A stretch of DNA of 64,000 nt. It comes from the human T2T-CHM13v2.0 reference genome, Homo sapiens. Under the pieces are notes generated by a model. It saw only the letters and a program-made list of their open reading frames with translations, made no database searches and was not told the origin of the DNA. Positions 1-57,310 of this stretch are shown in pieces. The stretch is from assembly GCF_009914755.1 (NCBI RefSeq), contig NC_060933.1; one strand, written 5' to 3'. How positions within the stretch are numbered: position 1 is the first letter of the stretch; every line of letters begins with the position of its first letter. The position numbers were made by a program, and so were the translations under genes.

Positions 1-1012
<1,012 letters not shown>

Positions 1013-1646
1013 ATGGTGCTGAAAGGGGAGAGGGAAGAAGGCAGCCAGGGAAGAAGAGAGGGTTGGGCAAATCAAGAGGAAGCCAGGAAGGTGGGGCCAA
1101 GCCGACCAGCGCTGCTCCATGCCCGGGGGTGGGGGTTATGTGATGTCCGTGCAGTGCGCAGGGGAGCCTGAAAGCAGGTTCCCGCTCTCGGAAGGGGATG
1201 GAGGGCCACTGGCCTCTGACCCGCACTCCTCCCTTCTATCTGGTGCACCACAGAGTAAGTAGTGCGGGATAGTGGGGGGGAGCCCAGACCTTGATGTGAG
1301 GTAGAGCTGGCATTGCACGCCAGGTCCAGCACATTCTAGCTGTGAGCAGGTCCTCTCATTCTCGGAGCGTCAATCTTCTCATCTGTAAGAGGGGCTGTCA
1401 ATGGTCCCTCCTTCCCAGGGCTGTGAGACCAGGGAATGCAGGTAAAGCGGACCTACTCTGTGGTTAGCCCATGGCTAATAGAACCATTGCCGGTGCCCCT
1501 GTCAACACTGAAGGCCCAGTTGCTTCACTGCCTCTCCTCCTGCCCAGCCAGTATCCTCAGCAACATGGCCAGCCCTGCTGGGAGCAGAGGTCCCTGGGAA
1601 CATGGGGTTTTCTGGCCTGCCTGCTGACTGCCCTGTCTCCCCACAG

Positions 1647-13594
<11,948 letters not shown>

Positions 13595-14300
13595 TTCCCC
13601 CCATCCCTCTGAGGGCCGGCGGATGCTGGATCCGGAGCCCCAGGTTCCGCCCCAGAGCGGTCCTGGACAAGGCCAGACCAAAGCAAGCAGGGCCTGGCAC
13701 CTCCATCCTGAGGTGCTGCCCCTCCATCCAAAACTGCCAAGTGACTCATTGCCTTCCCAACCCTTCCAGAGGCTTTCTGTGAAAGTCTCATGTCCAAGTT
13801 CCGTCTTCTGGGCTGGGCAGGCCCTCTGGTTCCCAGGCTGAGACTGACGGGTTTTCTCAGGATGATGTCTTGGGTGAGGGTAGGGAGAGGACAAGGGGTC
13901 ACCGAGCCCTTCCCAGAGAGCAGGGAGCTTATAAATGGAACCAGAGCAGAAGTCCCCAGACTCAGGAAGTCAACAGAGTGGGCAGGGACAGTGGTAGCAT
14001 CCATCTGGTGGCCAAAGAGAATCGTAGCCCCAGAGCTGCCCAAGTTCACTGGGCTCCACCCCCACCTCCAGGAGGGGAGGAGAGGACCTGACATCTGTAG
14101 GTGGCCCCTGATGCCCCATCTACAGCAGGAGGTCAGGACCACGCCCCTGGCCTCTCCCCACTCCCCCATCCTCCTCCCTGGGTGGCTGCCTGATTATCCC
14201 TCAGGCAGGGCCTCTCAGTCCTTGTGGGTCTGTGTCACCTCCATCTCAGTCTTGGCCTGGCTATGAGGGGAGGAGGAATGGGAGAGGGGGCTCAGGGGCC

Positions 14301-14306
14301 AATAAA
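14301..14306 (+). terminator. SLC27A4: SLC27A4 polyadenylation signal (AATAAA)
   Basis: First AATAAA after the stop codon, about 700 nt downstream, followed by a GU-containing element (ctgtgtg). Confidence 0.8.
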
Positions 14307-16210
14307 CTCTGCCTTGAGTCCTCCTAGCCTGTGTGCAAACCACCCAAGCCCACCCTGACCCCAGAACCCCACAGCCCCACTGTGGCCGCTTGATCCCCCA
14401 CGCCAACCCCCTGGCCCATTGACCCGCCTCATCTGTTCATTCACTTATCTAAGCTGAGGGTGTAGCAGGTAAGATGCCGCAGCCCCTGCCTCCAATGTGC
14501 TGGTTCAGCCGGGGGCAGTGCCCATGTGAATCTGGCAAGGTGTTTAACAGTGTGGGCTTGAAAGTCCAAACCAGCTCTGTCACTCTAAGTGTGTGGCCTT
14601 GGGGAAATGACTCAGTTTCATCTGTGAAATGGGATTCATCAGTTAAGAGGATTCAGAAGCTAAAAGTGCTATCACGAGTAAGGAGCTTGAGGGGAAACTG
14701 TCACCTCGGGCAGGACCCTGACTCCGCCTGAGGTGCATTTTCCCAGTTGTTTAGGGGCGGGAAAGATTTGCAGGGGTGGGGGCTGCAGTGAGAGCCAAAG
14801 CAAGGCTGCCTGGCAGCCCGGACAGAGGGCAGGGAAGCTTCCTGGAACAGTCAACACAGCTGTCCCACCAGCAGTGCCGGTGGAGAGCCAGCTGTCTCCT
14901 AGGCCCCGATGGAGGAGTCACACCCACGCTGGAAACTCACTGCCCAATGGGAAGGGGTTCCAGCACAGCCCAGGGCGGTGGGCAGTGCAAGCCCCTGGGC
15001 CTTTATCTCCACTATGGGCTTTCTAAGGAAGGAACCAGAACTTGGAGGTTTTCAGTTACATGGCCAACATCTCACAGCAAGTAGAGAGGGCTGGAATGGA
15101 GCCCGTGCCCTTCCTGCCACACCACCCTGCCTCCTGGTGCAGAAGGCGGGGGAAGCCAGAAAGCCTCCATTCCACGCATGCCTGCAGGGCCGCCTTGGCC
15201 ACGCCCCGGGCCAGCAGCTGACAGTGCAGGCGGAGGGTAGCCAGGCTGAAAGCTGGGGTGCCTCCTGGGGGAGTGCACTTGGAAAGACAGAGGAATCCAG
15301 TGCCTGTCTTGGGAGAATTTGGGATGCAGAGGCAGAACTGGAGTGGGGGCCTTGCGGAGCGGTGCTGAGTGGAGTCATGTGGCAGGTATAGCTGCCGTGC
15401 CTGAGTGTGATCAGCAGAGGGCGTGTGGAGCTTGGAGAATCCACTCCTGGCCCTTAGCCGAGGGAAGCATGGAGAGGCTGATTCCCACCTCAGCCGCGAG
15501 CAGGTTCCCAACTTAGAGGACCCTGTGACAGGCCTCCGAGGGCCTTTGGTCGGGTTTCCAAGGACCTGGATTTGGTTGGCAGTGCGGCTTTGTGTCTTTA
15601 ACCCTCAGTAGTGAGTTCTCCACAGTGGGAAGAAGGAGCTCTCAGAGCGGGGCATTCCTTCCTCCAGGTTGAACACAGTCACCCGAAGGCAATATGCAGT
15701 GGTGGTGAAGAGCTCTGGCTCTGGAGTCGGACAGGCCTGCATCCAAATCCCAGCTCTACCACTTGCCAGGCTAAGCCTCAGTTTCCTCTCCTGTAAATGA
15801 AGGTCAAGGAATCCCTATCTTGGGATAGTTGTGAAAATTCAATGAGATCATGCACGAAAATCTCAGCACTAGGCCTGGTGCTGGTGTCCACTCAGTGCAT
15901 GGTAGTTAAAAGAGAAAAAGGAGATATATTTAGATGTTAAAACCTCACTTAGACTAGGCTAAGTTTCCCACTTCTGTACTAGGCCCCACTGCAGCCCCTC
16001 CATGATGGACAGGGACTGGTGGGCCTGTGACCCCTTCACCTCTCGGGTCTGCATCTGATCATACCTCAACCATGGCTGTGTGAGTCATCTCCGTGCATGC
16101 AGCAGGTGCTTAATACATGCTTGTGAGGTTAACTGACAAAAATAGCTACTGTTTCTCAGGCATTTCCTGACATTTATATAGTGCCCCACAGTTTACAGAG
16201 CACCCTGTAA

Positions 16211-17690
<1,480 letters not shown>

Positions 17691-17979
17691 AAGCAGGTAC
17701 ATTTTTATCCCCATTTCACAGATGAGGAATCTGAGGCTCAGAGAGGCAAAGTCTCTCCCAAATACCACAGAGCTTGTGAATGGCAGAACTGGGAGGAAAG
17801 TCCCCTTCCCTGAACCTCAGTGTTCCCATCTGCAAACTGTTCCTCCAGGAGAGGCTGGAAGGGGCCAGCCTCGTGCGCTCCCGGAGGTCCAGCTGCCCTC
17901 GGGACAGGCAAGTGGCTGTCCAGGCCACTGCATGGTGTATCACTTTCAGTTCCTGGGAAGAAGGTTAAATACCTCCGAG

Positions 17980-18400
17980 GGGCCCATTGAGGCTGCGGCA
18001 GCAAAGGAGGGGGTGACCGAGTGACTTTCAAAGGGGCTTGAAATGCGTAGCCGGCCCCTCCCCCCGAGGAGGGGGCCCTGCTTCCTCCCGGCCTAATGAT
18101 ATTCTGGGCTCAGCCCTCGTCTTTGGCGGCAGTTTAACCCGAGCCGGGGCGGATTTCTTTCTCACTGATCTCAGCTTGACACCCAATTAGCACAAGAATG
18201 GGAGGAGGAAGCCTGCGAGAGGCGCCTCCCAGCCTCCCGGGGCGCGCGAGGGGAGCAGGCGGGAAGACAAAGGACAGCAGGCAGGGGGGCACCCGCGCCC
18301 TCGCCTCCCCAGCCGACCCTGCCATTGTCTCCCTGCGAGCTTCAGAGAGGACGGAGGCCTACGCCCGGGCTGGCCGGCCTGCTGGAGGGAACAGGGAATG
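17980..18400. promoter_or_regulatory. Small intergenic CpG-rich element, candidate enhancer
   Basis: Local CpG enrichment in unique sequence; GC box (ggggcgg at about 18146), CAATTA and CATTGT motifs. Confidence 0.4.
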
Positions 18401-18869
18401 GGGCCCAAGCCCCTGTTCTGTGTGGACCCAAAGGGAAAGCATTTGGGTGAGGCTAGTCCAAGGGGAGGCAGTGAGGTCAGTGCATAAGGGGCAGGGATCC
18501 CGAGGACACAAAAGCCTGGGGCTGAGGCCTTACGGGGGCTCAGGCAAGCCACCCATTCGGAGTCTCGGTGCTCTCATCTGAAAAAGGGATCACAAAGAGT
18601 CCCTGTGAGGAGTAAATTAGGGGGTGCATGTAATGCACCTGGCAGGTGCAAAGTGGGCGTGCAATAAATACTATTTGAAAGATTATGGGTGTTAAGCTAA
18701 TATTGTTACTAACTAAAGGATGGAGTGGGGTAGGCTTGGGTTAGAAGGAAGGACTTTATCAGTGATAGCTGGGCATCCACAGAGTGGGCTGGTTTACCCA
18801 AAGAGCTCACCAATCTCTGGGCTGTGCCAGGAGAAGCTGGAGGACCACCTGCCTGGGAGATTCCAGTAG

Positions 18870-23339
<4,470 letters not shown>

Positions 23340-24481
23340 TGAGCCGCCGCGCCCGGCCTGCCCTGAGCTTTTGCAACAGGCTCCAGTGGTCTCCGTGTCT
23401 CTTTCCTTATTCCCCTCAAATCATTCTCCATATTGCAGCCAGAAATTATATTTTAAAACACAATTCTAAAATGTCACTGTCTCCCAAAACCCTTCAGTAG
23501 TCTCCCACTGCTCCTAGAGACTGAAATGTTTACCTGCTTACAAGGCAGGGGTTGGCCCCTGAGCACCTTTGCAGCTCCCTCTCTAGATGGATGAAAGTCA
23601 GGCTCCCTAACTTCCACCTTCCTCTCCATGTTCCAGCATGTTCTCACCCAGAGCCTCTGGGCCTTTTGTCCTCCTCACTGGAATGCTCCTAGAGGTTTCT
23701 CTCCCCTCACAGCCACCTAGTTTACTCAGGTTTTAGAGCCCAGCAAGTCCAGTCTACTCAGTTTTCTTTTTGAAGTTCCTATAACTTCAGTTCCTTTATT
23801 TAAGTTTGAGGTTGTACATGTCTTAGTATGCTTATTTGATTACAGTTAGTCTCCCCGCTAGACTGTGAGTGCCCTAAAGGCAGGAACCTTGCCCATCCCC
23901 TTTACCACTAGCACCGATCAAAATGCCTGGCACAGGGAGGCGCAATGAACAGCTGTTGAACGAGTGACTTCCAAATCGACAGCAAAGGGGGCGGCTGGAT
24001 AGCGAGTCGCCCGCTCAGGAGAGATTCTGGGTCGGAAATAAAGATCTGGGAGTCATTTATAATTCCAACCAGACGAGTAGATGGGCTGGCCCAAGCGGTG
24101 TGTAGACTGAAGAGATTCTAACTCATGCAAGATAAGCAGCTACGTGGCTCACGGTCACGTCGCAAAAAACCTGGGGGCTCTCCTCCGCCTGCTTGTGGTC
24201 CCGTACAAGGCGCTTCCCACCCTGGGTCTCTGAGCCCAGTCGGTGAAAGACGGAAGGAGACCGATTCACAGCCCCAACAGCGCCGGTGATAGTCCCTCTG
24301 CCACCCCTTTCCCTCCGCTGCCCTCCCCTCCCCTCCCCTCCCCTCGATGACTTCCTCCAACAGCTGACGAAGCTGGATCCCTGGGCACCGCCTCTTCCGT
24401 CCGCGGCACCCGGAGACGCCCGGAAATTTGCGGGCGCGCCGGAAGTTGAGGGGAGTTTCCTGCGAGCTCGGCTTCCTCAAC

Positions 24482-42836
<18,355 letters not shown>

Positions 42837-43812
42837 GGGCCCTTCTCTGGGCCTGGGCACCCTTAGAGGGGAGAACGAAGCAATCAGACATCCCCTTGGG
42901 CCCTGCTTCCAGGTCTCCCTGTCCCCCTTGCCTGCCTTCTTCCCTGCTCTGTCCCCTAAGCTCCCTCCAGGCAGGGAAAAGAGGCCAGGTGCTAAAAATG
43001 AGCCTTTCTCAAGCACGTGAGCAGCGGAAGGCAGACAGGCGCCAGAGCCCAGCACTCCCTTTTCCAGCAGCTGTGGTGGGGGAGGGTTCCCCTCCAGTTT
43101 GTCAAGAGTTGAAGGAGGCTCTGTGGCCAGGTGACCTGGCTGCCTTCCACTCCTTGTACCTCAGTCTAAACATGGAGTGGCCGCTGACAAGGCGCTCCAG
43201 CCCCAGAGCCAGCGTCTTCATGGGGAAGATGAATGGACCTGAGTAGCTGAAGGAAGGCCCCTCCCTACCCAAAGACTGGAGGCTTCTCAGCCTCAATTTC
43301 CCTGTCTGTACAGCTGAGGGCTCTGCCTGTCCCCCACTGCTATCAGTATGGAACCCCAGCTGGGGTCCCCTATTGAGTGCCGACTCCCCCCACCGCCAGC
43401 AGCTGCTCCTCCAGCCACACCCCTCCTGCTCCCCCCACCCCTAGCCCTTGACCCTGGCTGGCCTGCCCCGCTCCACAGGCCACCAGATGGGCTCCTGAGA
43501 CCCTCCCCAGGCTGCTTACAGCTCATTCTGCTGGGGGTAGAGATGAGGGGAGGGAGTAAGTTAAACCTTGGACTAGCAAGTAGAAGCCTGGGGGGATGCG
43601 TGTGCCTCAGTTTCCTCCTCCACAACTGAATATAGTGGCTGAAAACTGGGGAGATACTTGATGGCGCGAATGTCCGTTTTCTCTCCCTTCCCACCTCCTG
43701 CAGGAAGCAGGACGGGGCAGGCAGCACCTGGTAGGCACAGTGCTTTGCCCCTCCTCCCCTTCCCTTCTGGAAGTCTTGGGGCCTCAGTGCTTGCAACAGC
43801 CGGCCTTGGGCA

Positions 43813-43818
43813 AATAAA
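43813..43818 (+). terminator. URM1: URM1 proximal polyadenylation signal
   Basis: AATAAA about 1 kb after the stop codon, with GU/U-rich sequence downstream. Confidence 0.75.
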
Positions 43819-45087
43819 AGACTAGGTTGTTTACTAGCCTTGCTTGGAGCTTCATCCTTGGAAACGGGTGGCACCTCATATCCCCCCAGCCGTGGTCTGT
43901 GATACAACCTCTCCATCCTCAGCCTAGGGCCTCAGAGCTACCCTTCACCCAAAAGAGGGGTGGGGGTGAACACTCAGACAATCTGAGAGGGGGTAGTCTA
44001 ATAGAGCCATCTGGAGAAGGGAGTGGCAGAGCCAGTCTGTGCTGACCAGTCTGTGTCCCGGGACGCATCCCCACCCGTCTGTCCAAGGCTTTGTCCCACC
44101 AGCTGCAGCCAGCAGCCTCAGAACCCAAAATGAGGGTAGCATAGATAAGACTGCTGAGCCCCCTTTCTGTGGTCTTTCCTTTCCATGACCTAGAGAAAAG
44201 AGCTTTGCTGGAGGGAGACCCCCAAAAAGAATTAGGGTGCTAACATCCCACCAAAAGCATCATCCCACCCAAAATGTTGCTTTTCATTCTATGTCAATAA
44301 TTTAAGGTGGAATTTCTCTCACCCTGTGGAGATGAAAGTGGCAAAAGGTTGTCCCAGCAGTGTTGGGGGATGGGGTGTGCACATCATTCTTTTGGGGGTA
44401 GATGACCTGCTGGCTGGTGGGCTTTTCTCCAGGACTACTGCAGGTAGAGACCCTCTGGGCTTGTGTGGAGTGGGAGCAGCCGTGTTGGGACTATGGGGAG
44501 GAGCTGGTCTGGGTGCAAATTAAGGCCAGTGTTGGGGTCTGAGTGCTGTCCAGAAAGGCTGTGTGACCAACCCTCACTAGTTCCTGAGGTCAGGGTCTCC
44601 ATGTTAGGGAACAGAGCAAGAGACTTGGAACAGCTCCCTACAGCTGCACTTCTAGAAGGTCAGCCTGTCCGATTCTTGTAACCTGGAGGTCCCTCCCCAT
44701 CTGCAGCCCCCTGAGCTGCAGGAGCGGCCCCATCAGTGCACCTGATTGGAACACACTAGATTTCAGGTCCTGGAAACTGGGCGCTAGGATCCGTTTCCCT
44801 GGCTGCAGAGAGTGGGAGGTGTGATGTGGAATATCCCTTCTCCCAGCACACCCCAATTAATACTGAAGAGTAGGGCAGGAGGAGGTGCTGGGAAAACCGG
44901 GTTTCTTGGCACATGGGGGTGCAAGCACTGTGGTTGAAATTGGCCATGTCCAAGGCACACCAGACGATTTCAGGTCATTTTTAGCCCTAGACTGGAAAGG
45001 GGTCAGGGGACAGGTGACCTGGGCTCAGCCCCCAGCAGCTCCCAACTGCCCCTCTCCCAAGCAACTCCTGATCCCTGCTTTTGAGGA

Positions 45088-45101
45088 AATAAACAAATAA
45101 A
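45088..45101 (+). terminator. URM1: URM1 distal tandem polyadenylation signals
   Basis: Two AATAAA hexamers (45088-45093 and 45096-45101) followed by a U-rich tract at about 45121-45150. Confidence 0.75.
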
Positions 45102-45719
45102 ACCCCGCTATCTCCGAAGATTTTTCTTTAATGAAAAGGATTCGTTTTTCCAAATTCTATTTCCAAAGCCGAGGAGATTGCCGGGCTGGAGCGCATCGTT
45201 GGTGACGCTTGCCCGTCGGACCCTGGCAGCGGCTGGAGGAGGCTCAGCCCATCGGTCCGTCCGGAGGGGCTTGCGGGAGGGGTTGGTTTGTTTGGGATTT
45301 AGGGGTTGGTTGAGGATTTGTTTTGTTTAGGTAGGGAGTATTGGGGTGATAAGTTAGAACAACTGCGAAACGAGTTAGCGGGCGCATTCGGCCGGCCTCT
45401 TCTTTCACCCCCGACTTCATGCGGCTTGGGCTGAGGGCGGACCACATTCGGCCCCGCCGCTGCGTGCCGGCTTCGTTCCGGCCGAAATTTGAAAGGAGGA
45501 AAAACGACGCGATCGACTGAAGGACCCTGCCGGCCGGGACTGGTCACCCGCAGAGAAGGAAGAAGGACGAGGATGCGGATGGCGGCGCTGGTGGCAGGGA
45601 CCGGCGTCTCTGTGCGCGCGGGCCGGGACCGCGATCCTCGCGCTGGGGCCAGCCAGCCGCCGCCCCGAGAGGTCTCGCCCGCGCTGAGCCCTGTCCCTGG
45701 GGCCCCCGCCCCTGTTGCG

Positions 45720-45816
45720 CCCGGAGCTCAGCCACAGATGTCCAGCCACAATTCTCGGTTGGCCGCAGACTCGTACAAGAATTGCGTTTGGACAATCAGT
45801 GGCGAAGCCCCTGAGT
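45720..45816 (-). ncRNA. MIR219A2: MIR219A2 (hsa-mir-219a-2) precursor hairpin; miR-219a-5p at 45778-45798 and miR-219a-2-3p at 45734-45755
   Basis: The reverse complement contains UGAUUGUCCAAACGCAAUUCU (miR-219a-5p) and AGAAUUGUGGCUGGACAUCUGU (miR-219a-2-3p) as the two paired arms. Confidence 0.97.
45723..45810 (+). ncRNA. MIR219B: MIR219B, antisense reading of the same hairpin; 5p at 45736-45757 and 3p at 45778-45800
   Basis: The + strand arms AGAUGUCCAGCCACAAUUCUCG and AGAAUUGCGUUUGGACAAUCAGU match the recalled miR-219b-5p and -3p. Precursor ends are approximate. Confidence 0.75.
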
Positions 45817-46934
45817 TCAGGGCCCTGGTCTCCTGCGGGGTTCCCCTTCGCTCCTAAAAAGCGCCAGTCCAGGACAGCTCGGAGCTGCGCGTCGGACCAC
45901 CTAGCAGGCGCTCAGCAGCGGCTGCCCATCCGGCGGTAAGGTGGACTAGCAAGCACGCGGATCCTGACCCTGTGCGGGGATCCCCATCGCCCCTGGCGTG
46001 GCTCCTTCGATCGCGGCCCGGAGTCCGCAGAGTGGCCCGCGTTGGGTCTCAGCGCCGCCCCAGGTCGAGGGGGAATCTCCTCTGTCTGGCCTGGGGAACC
46101 CCGACTCCCCTCTCCCTGCCCCCAGCCTGGGATCTCCGGGAATCCGGAAGGCAGGAGCCCCAGGCCGGGTCGCGTTTCCGAGCCCGGGGTCCGGGCTGCT
46201 GGATTCGTGGGTCCCCCGCCCCCGCCCAGCCCCGCGCACGCACCGGCTCGGGCGCTCTCCGCTTTCCTGTGGCTGAGTCGCGGCCGGGGCGCCTGCGGTG
46301 GCGGTGGCGGCGGTGGCCCGGGCGGCGGGGAGTGCTGGAATGCGCCGCCGGGTCACCTGCAGCGCCCGTGGAGCCGGACTGGGAGCCGGCGGGCTGCCGA
46401 GGCGCAAGGCTGAACCCGAGCAGGCGCCTCTGGCGGCTCGGGGCCGGGGCGGGCTTTTAGTGGGCCGCTCCAACAATACGGGCCTGGCGCGGAGAAAGGG
46501 GCTCGGCTGCAATTGGTACTGGATTTGAATAACGCCACGGGGCCATCAATGGTCATTGTGTCGGCGGGTAATGAATCTCCGCTGTCTCTCGGGCTGGCCA
46601 GGCAGCTGCAACCTGCGCTCAGGCAGCTCTTAAAGACATAGCGTGCCCCTCCCCGGGGGCCGCCTCCCCCTCTGCACCGGCCGGACCCCTCGTCCTCCCA
46701 CCCCCACTCGGCACCCTCAACTCCCGATGCCCCGCCTGCTCCCTCGGCCTGACCCCTTTGCCCATCGCCCCCTCCCTTCTCCTGGGCCAGGCACCAGCAT
46801 CCCGGCCCTGCTCTCCCGTGGACCTGACTCAGGCCCCGGCCTTGGCTGAGCTCTCCAAGAGCACCCAGGGCACCCCAGAGTCTTTTACGGCCCACCCCCT
46901 GTCTCCCAGCTGCATGGAAACCAAAGGCCTCTGG

Positions 46935-48193
46935 AGCCCCCTCCCTAGGCCCCTGCCCAGGGGCTTCCACTGGAGGGTGAGGGGGAACAGTCTGGAAGTC
47001 AGAGGGTCACCCCCTGAGAAGACCATGCTGAAGGATAAAGGAGAAGGGGGTACAGTCCCCACCCCTGGGCTGAGGATGCCATCCCTGGAGACCACACCCC
47101 ACGCGGGAGCTGGAGCCTGCCCCCTCCCCCGACCAAGGACCAGAGCTTGATTCCCAGGCTCCAGCAGGCTCCTGGGTACCTCGGGGCTAGCAGCAAGGGT
47201 GGGGGGAGGGGAGCAGGTGGGTGTGAGAGGGGCGTGGAATCTGTGAATGCTTGTCTTGTCATTGTCTCTTCCATTGGACAGTCCACCCATCCAGGAGAGC
47301 AGGGGCTCTGTCCAAGGTCTAATGCGCCCCCAGCCCCACCCCCAGCCTGGTCTGGCAGAGACGGTTCTCAGTCTATTGGGTAAATACATAGCCAGCTTCT
47401 CACCCCCAAAGCCCAGCCTGTCTTTCCCAATGAACCTCACACCCTAAAGTGGGAGTGTGTGGCCATTTTTCCCATACAGCCTGCCTTCCATTCACCCCAG
47501 AGTTCTCCAAGCACCCAGAATACCCCTGCCTCTGTCCTGGCACACCAAGCTGCCTTGCTCTGAAATGCTCTCCTGTCCTCACAATCTCTGGGTGGCCTTG
47601 CCACGTGCCCGGCTGAATTGTGAATATCGGTTTGTCTGAGTCTCCTCCCTAGGACAGGAAACGGGTCCTACGGATCTTTGTGCCTCCAGGGCCTAGTACA
47701 GTGCCCTCCCCCCAACCAATCATTAAATATCTGTGGGTGGTTGCACGCATGCCCGGTGACTTTAAAATGAGCCACATAGACTTCTTGGAGTTTCTTATAA
47801 AAGTTGAAAGAATGTTGCTTGTGGGAGGTAATTCTTGCAGCCCGGGTTTTACAGGGAGGGAGTCCTGCTAACCAGATCCCAACTCCTGGGAATGCTCCAT
47901 TTGGTAATAATAACAGCAAAGAGTGTATTGTGTGCCAAGCACTAAGCTCTTTGAAGGTAGTAGCTCACTGATTCCTCACAACAACCCTGGAAAGTAAGTG
48001 CTGTTATCAGCCCCATTTTACAGATGAAGAAACTGCAGAGCCCTCCTTCCTTAGGCTCCTCCCTGGAGCTTCCAGCTGGAGAGGGAGGGGGAGCATTCTG
48101 GAGGTCACAGGGTCACTCCCTGAGAAGACCATGCTGGAGGATAAGACAGAAGGCATGCAGCCCCAATCCCCAACCTCCAGAGACCGCACCCAC
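46935..48193 (+). repeat. Diverged direct repeat pair: about 46935-47103 and 48038-48193
   Basis: Shared exact core CCCTGAGAAGACCATGCTG with colinear flanks. Confidence 0.8.
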
Positions 48194-48414
48194 TAGGGAT
48201 CTAGAAACCCAGAGCTTTAGGACTTGCTGCACACTCTAGTTTCCAAGCCTTTATTTAGTGGGTACAGAGGGGATGGATGTAAATGCACTTAAAACGGCTA
48301 GACCCAGGAGACACTCTGTGTCACCTTATATTAATACATTATAATCCAGTCCCAGCCCACCCCAGCCTGGCATGAACACAACCAAGATGGACTGGGCAAC
48401 AATAGTCTCTGATT

Positions 48415-57310
<8,896 letters not shown>

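Larger units (their letters stand above)
45150..46830. promoter_or_regulatory. CpG island containing MIR219A2 and its probable minus-strand promoter
   Basis: Very high GC and CpG content, GC boxes, and SOX and CCAAT motifs at 46450-46560. Confidence 0.85.

Noticed and set aside
13595-14330. miR-219a-5p site in the SLC27A4 3'UTR
   Set aside because: I found no GACAATC or ACAATCA by eye.
43293-43916. 207-aa minus-strand ORF antisense to the URM1 3'UTR
   Set aside because: Low-complexity, GC-driven composition with no recognisable family. It would need Ribo-seq or PhyloCSF support.
45244-47440. Long Arg/Gly/Pro/Ala-rich ORFs on both strands (e.g. 45946..46512, 46353..46970)
   Set aside because: Stop-codon scarcity in a CpG island explains them. 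Many have non-ATG starts and none has a recognisable domain.
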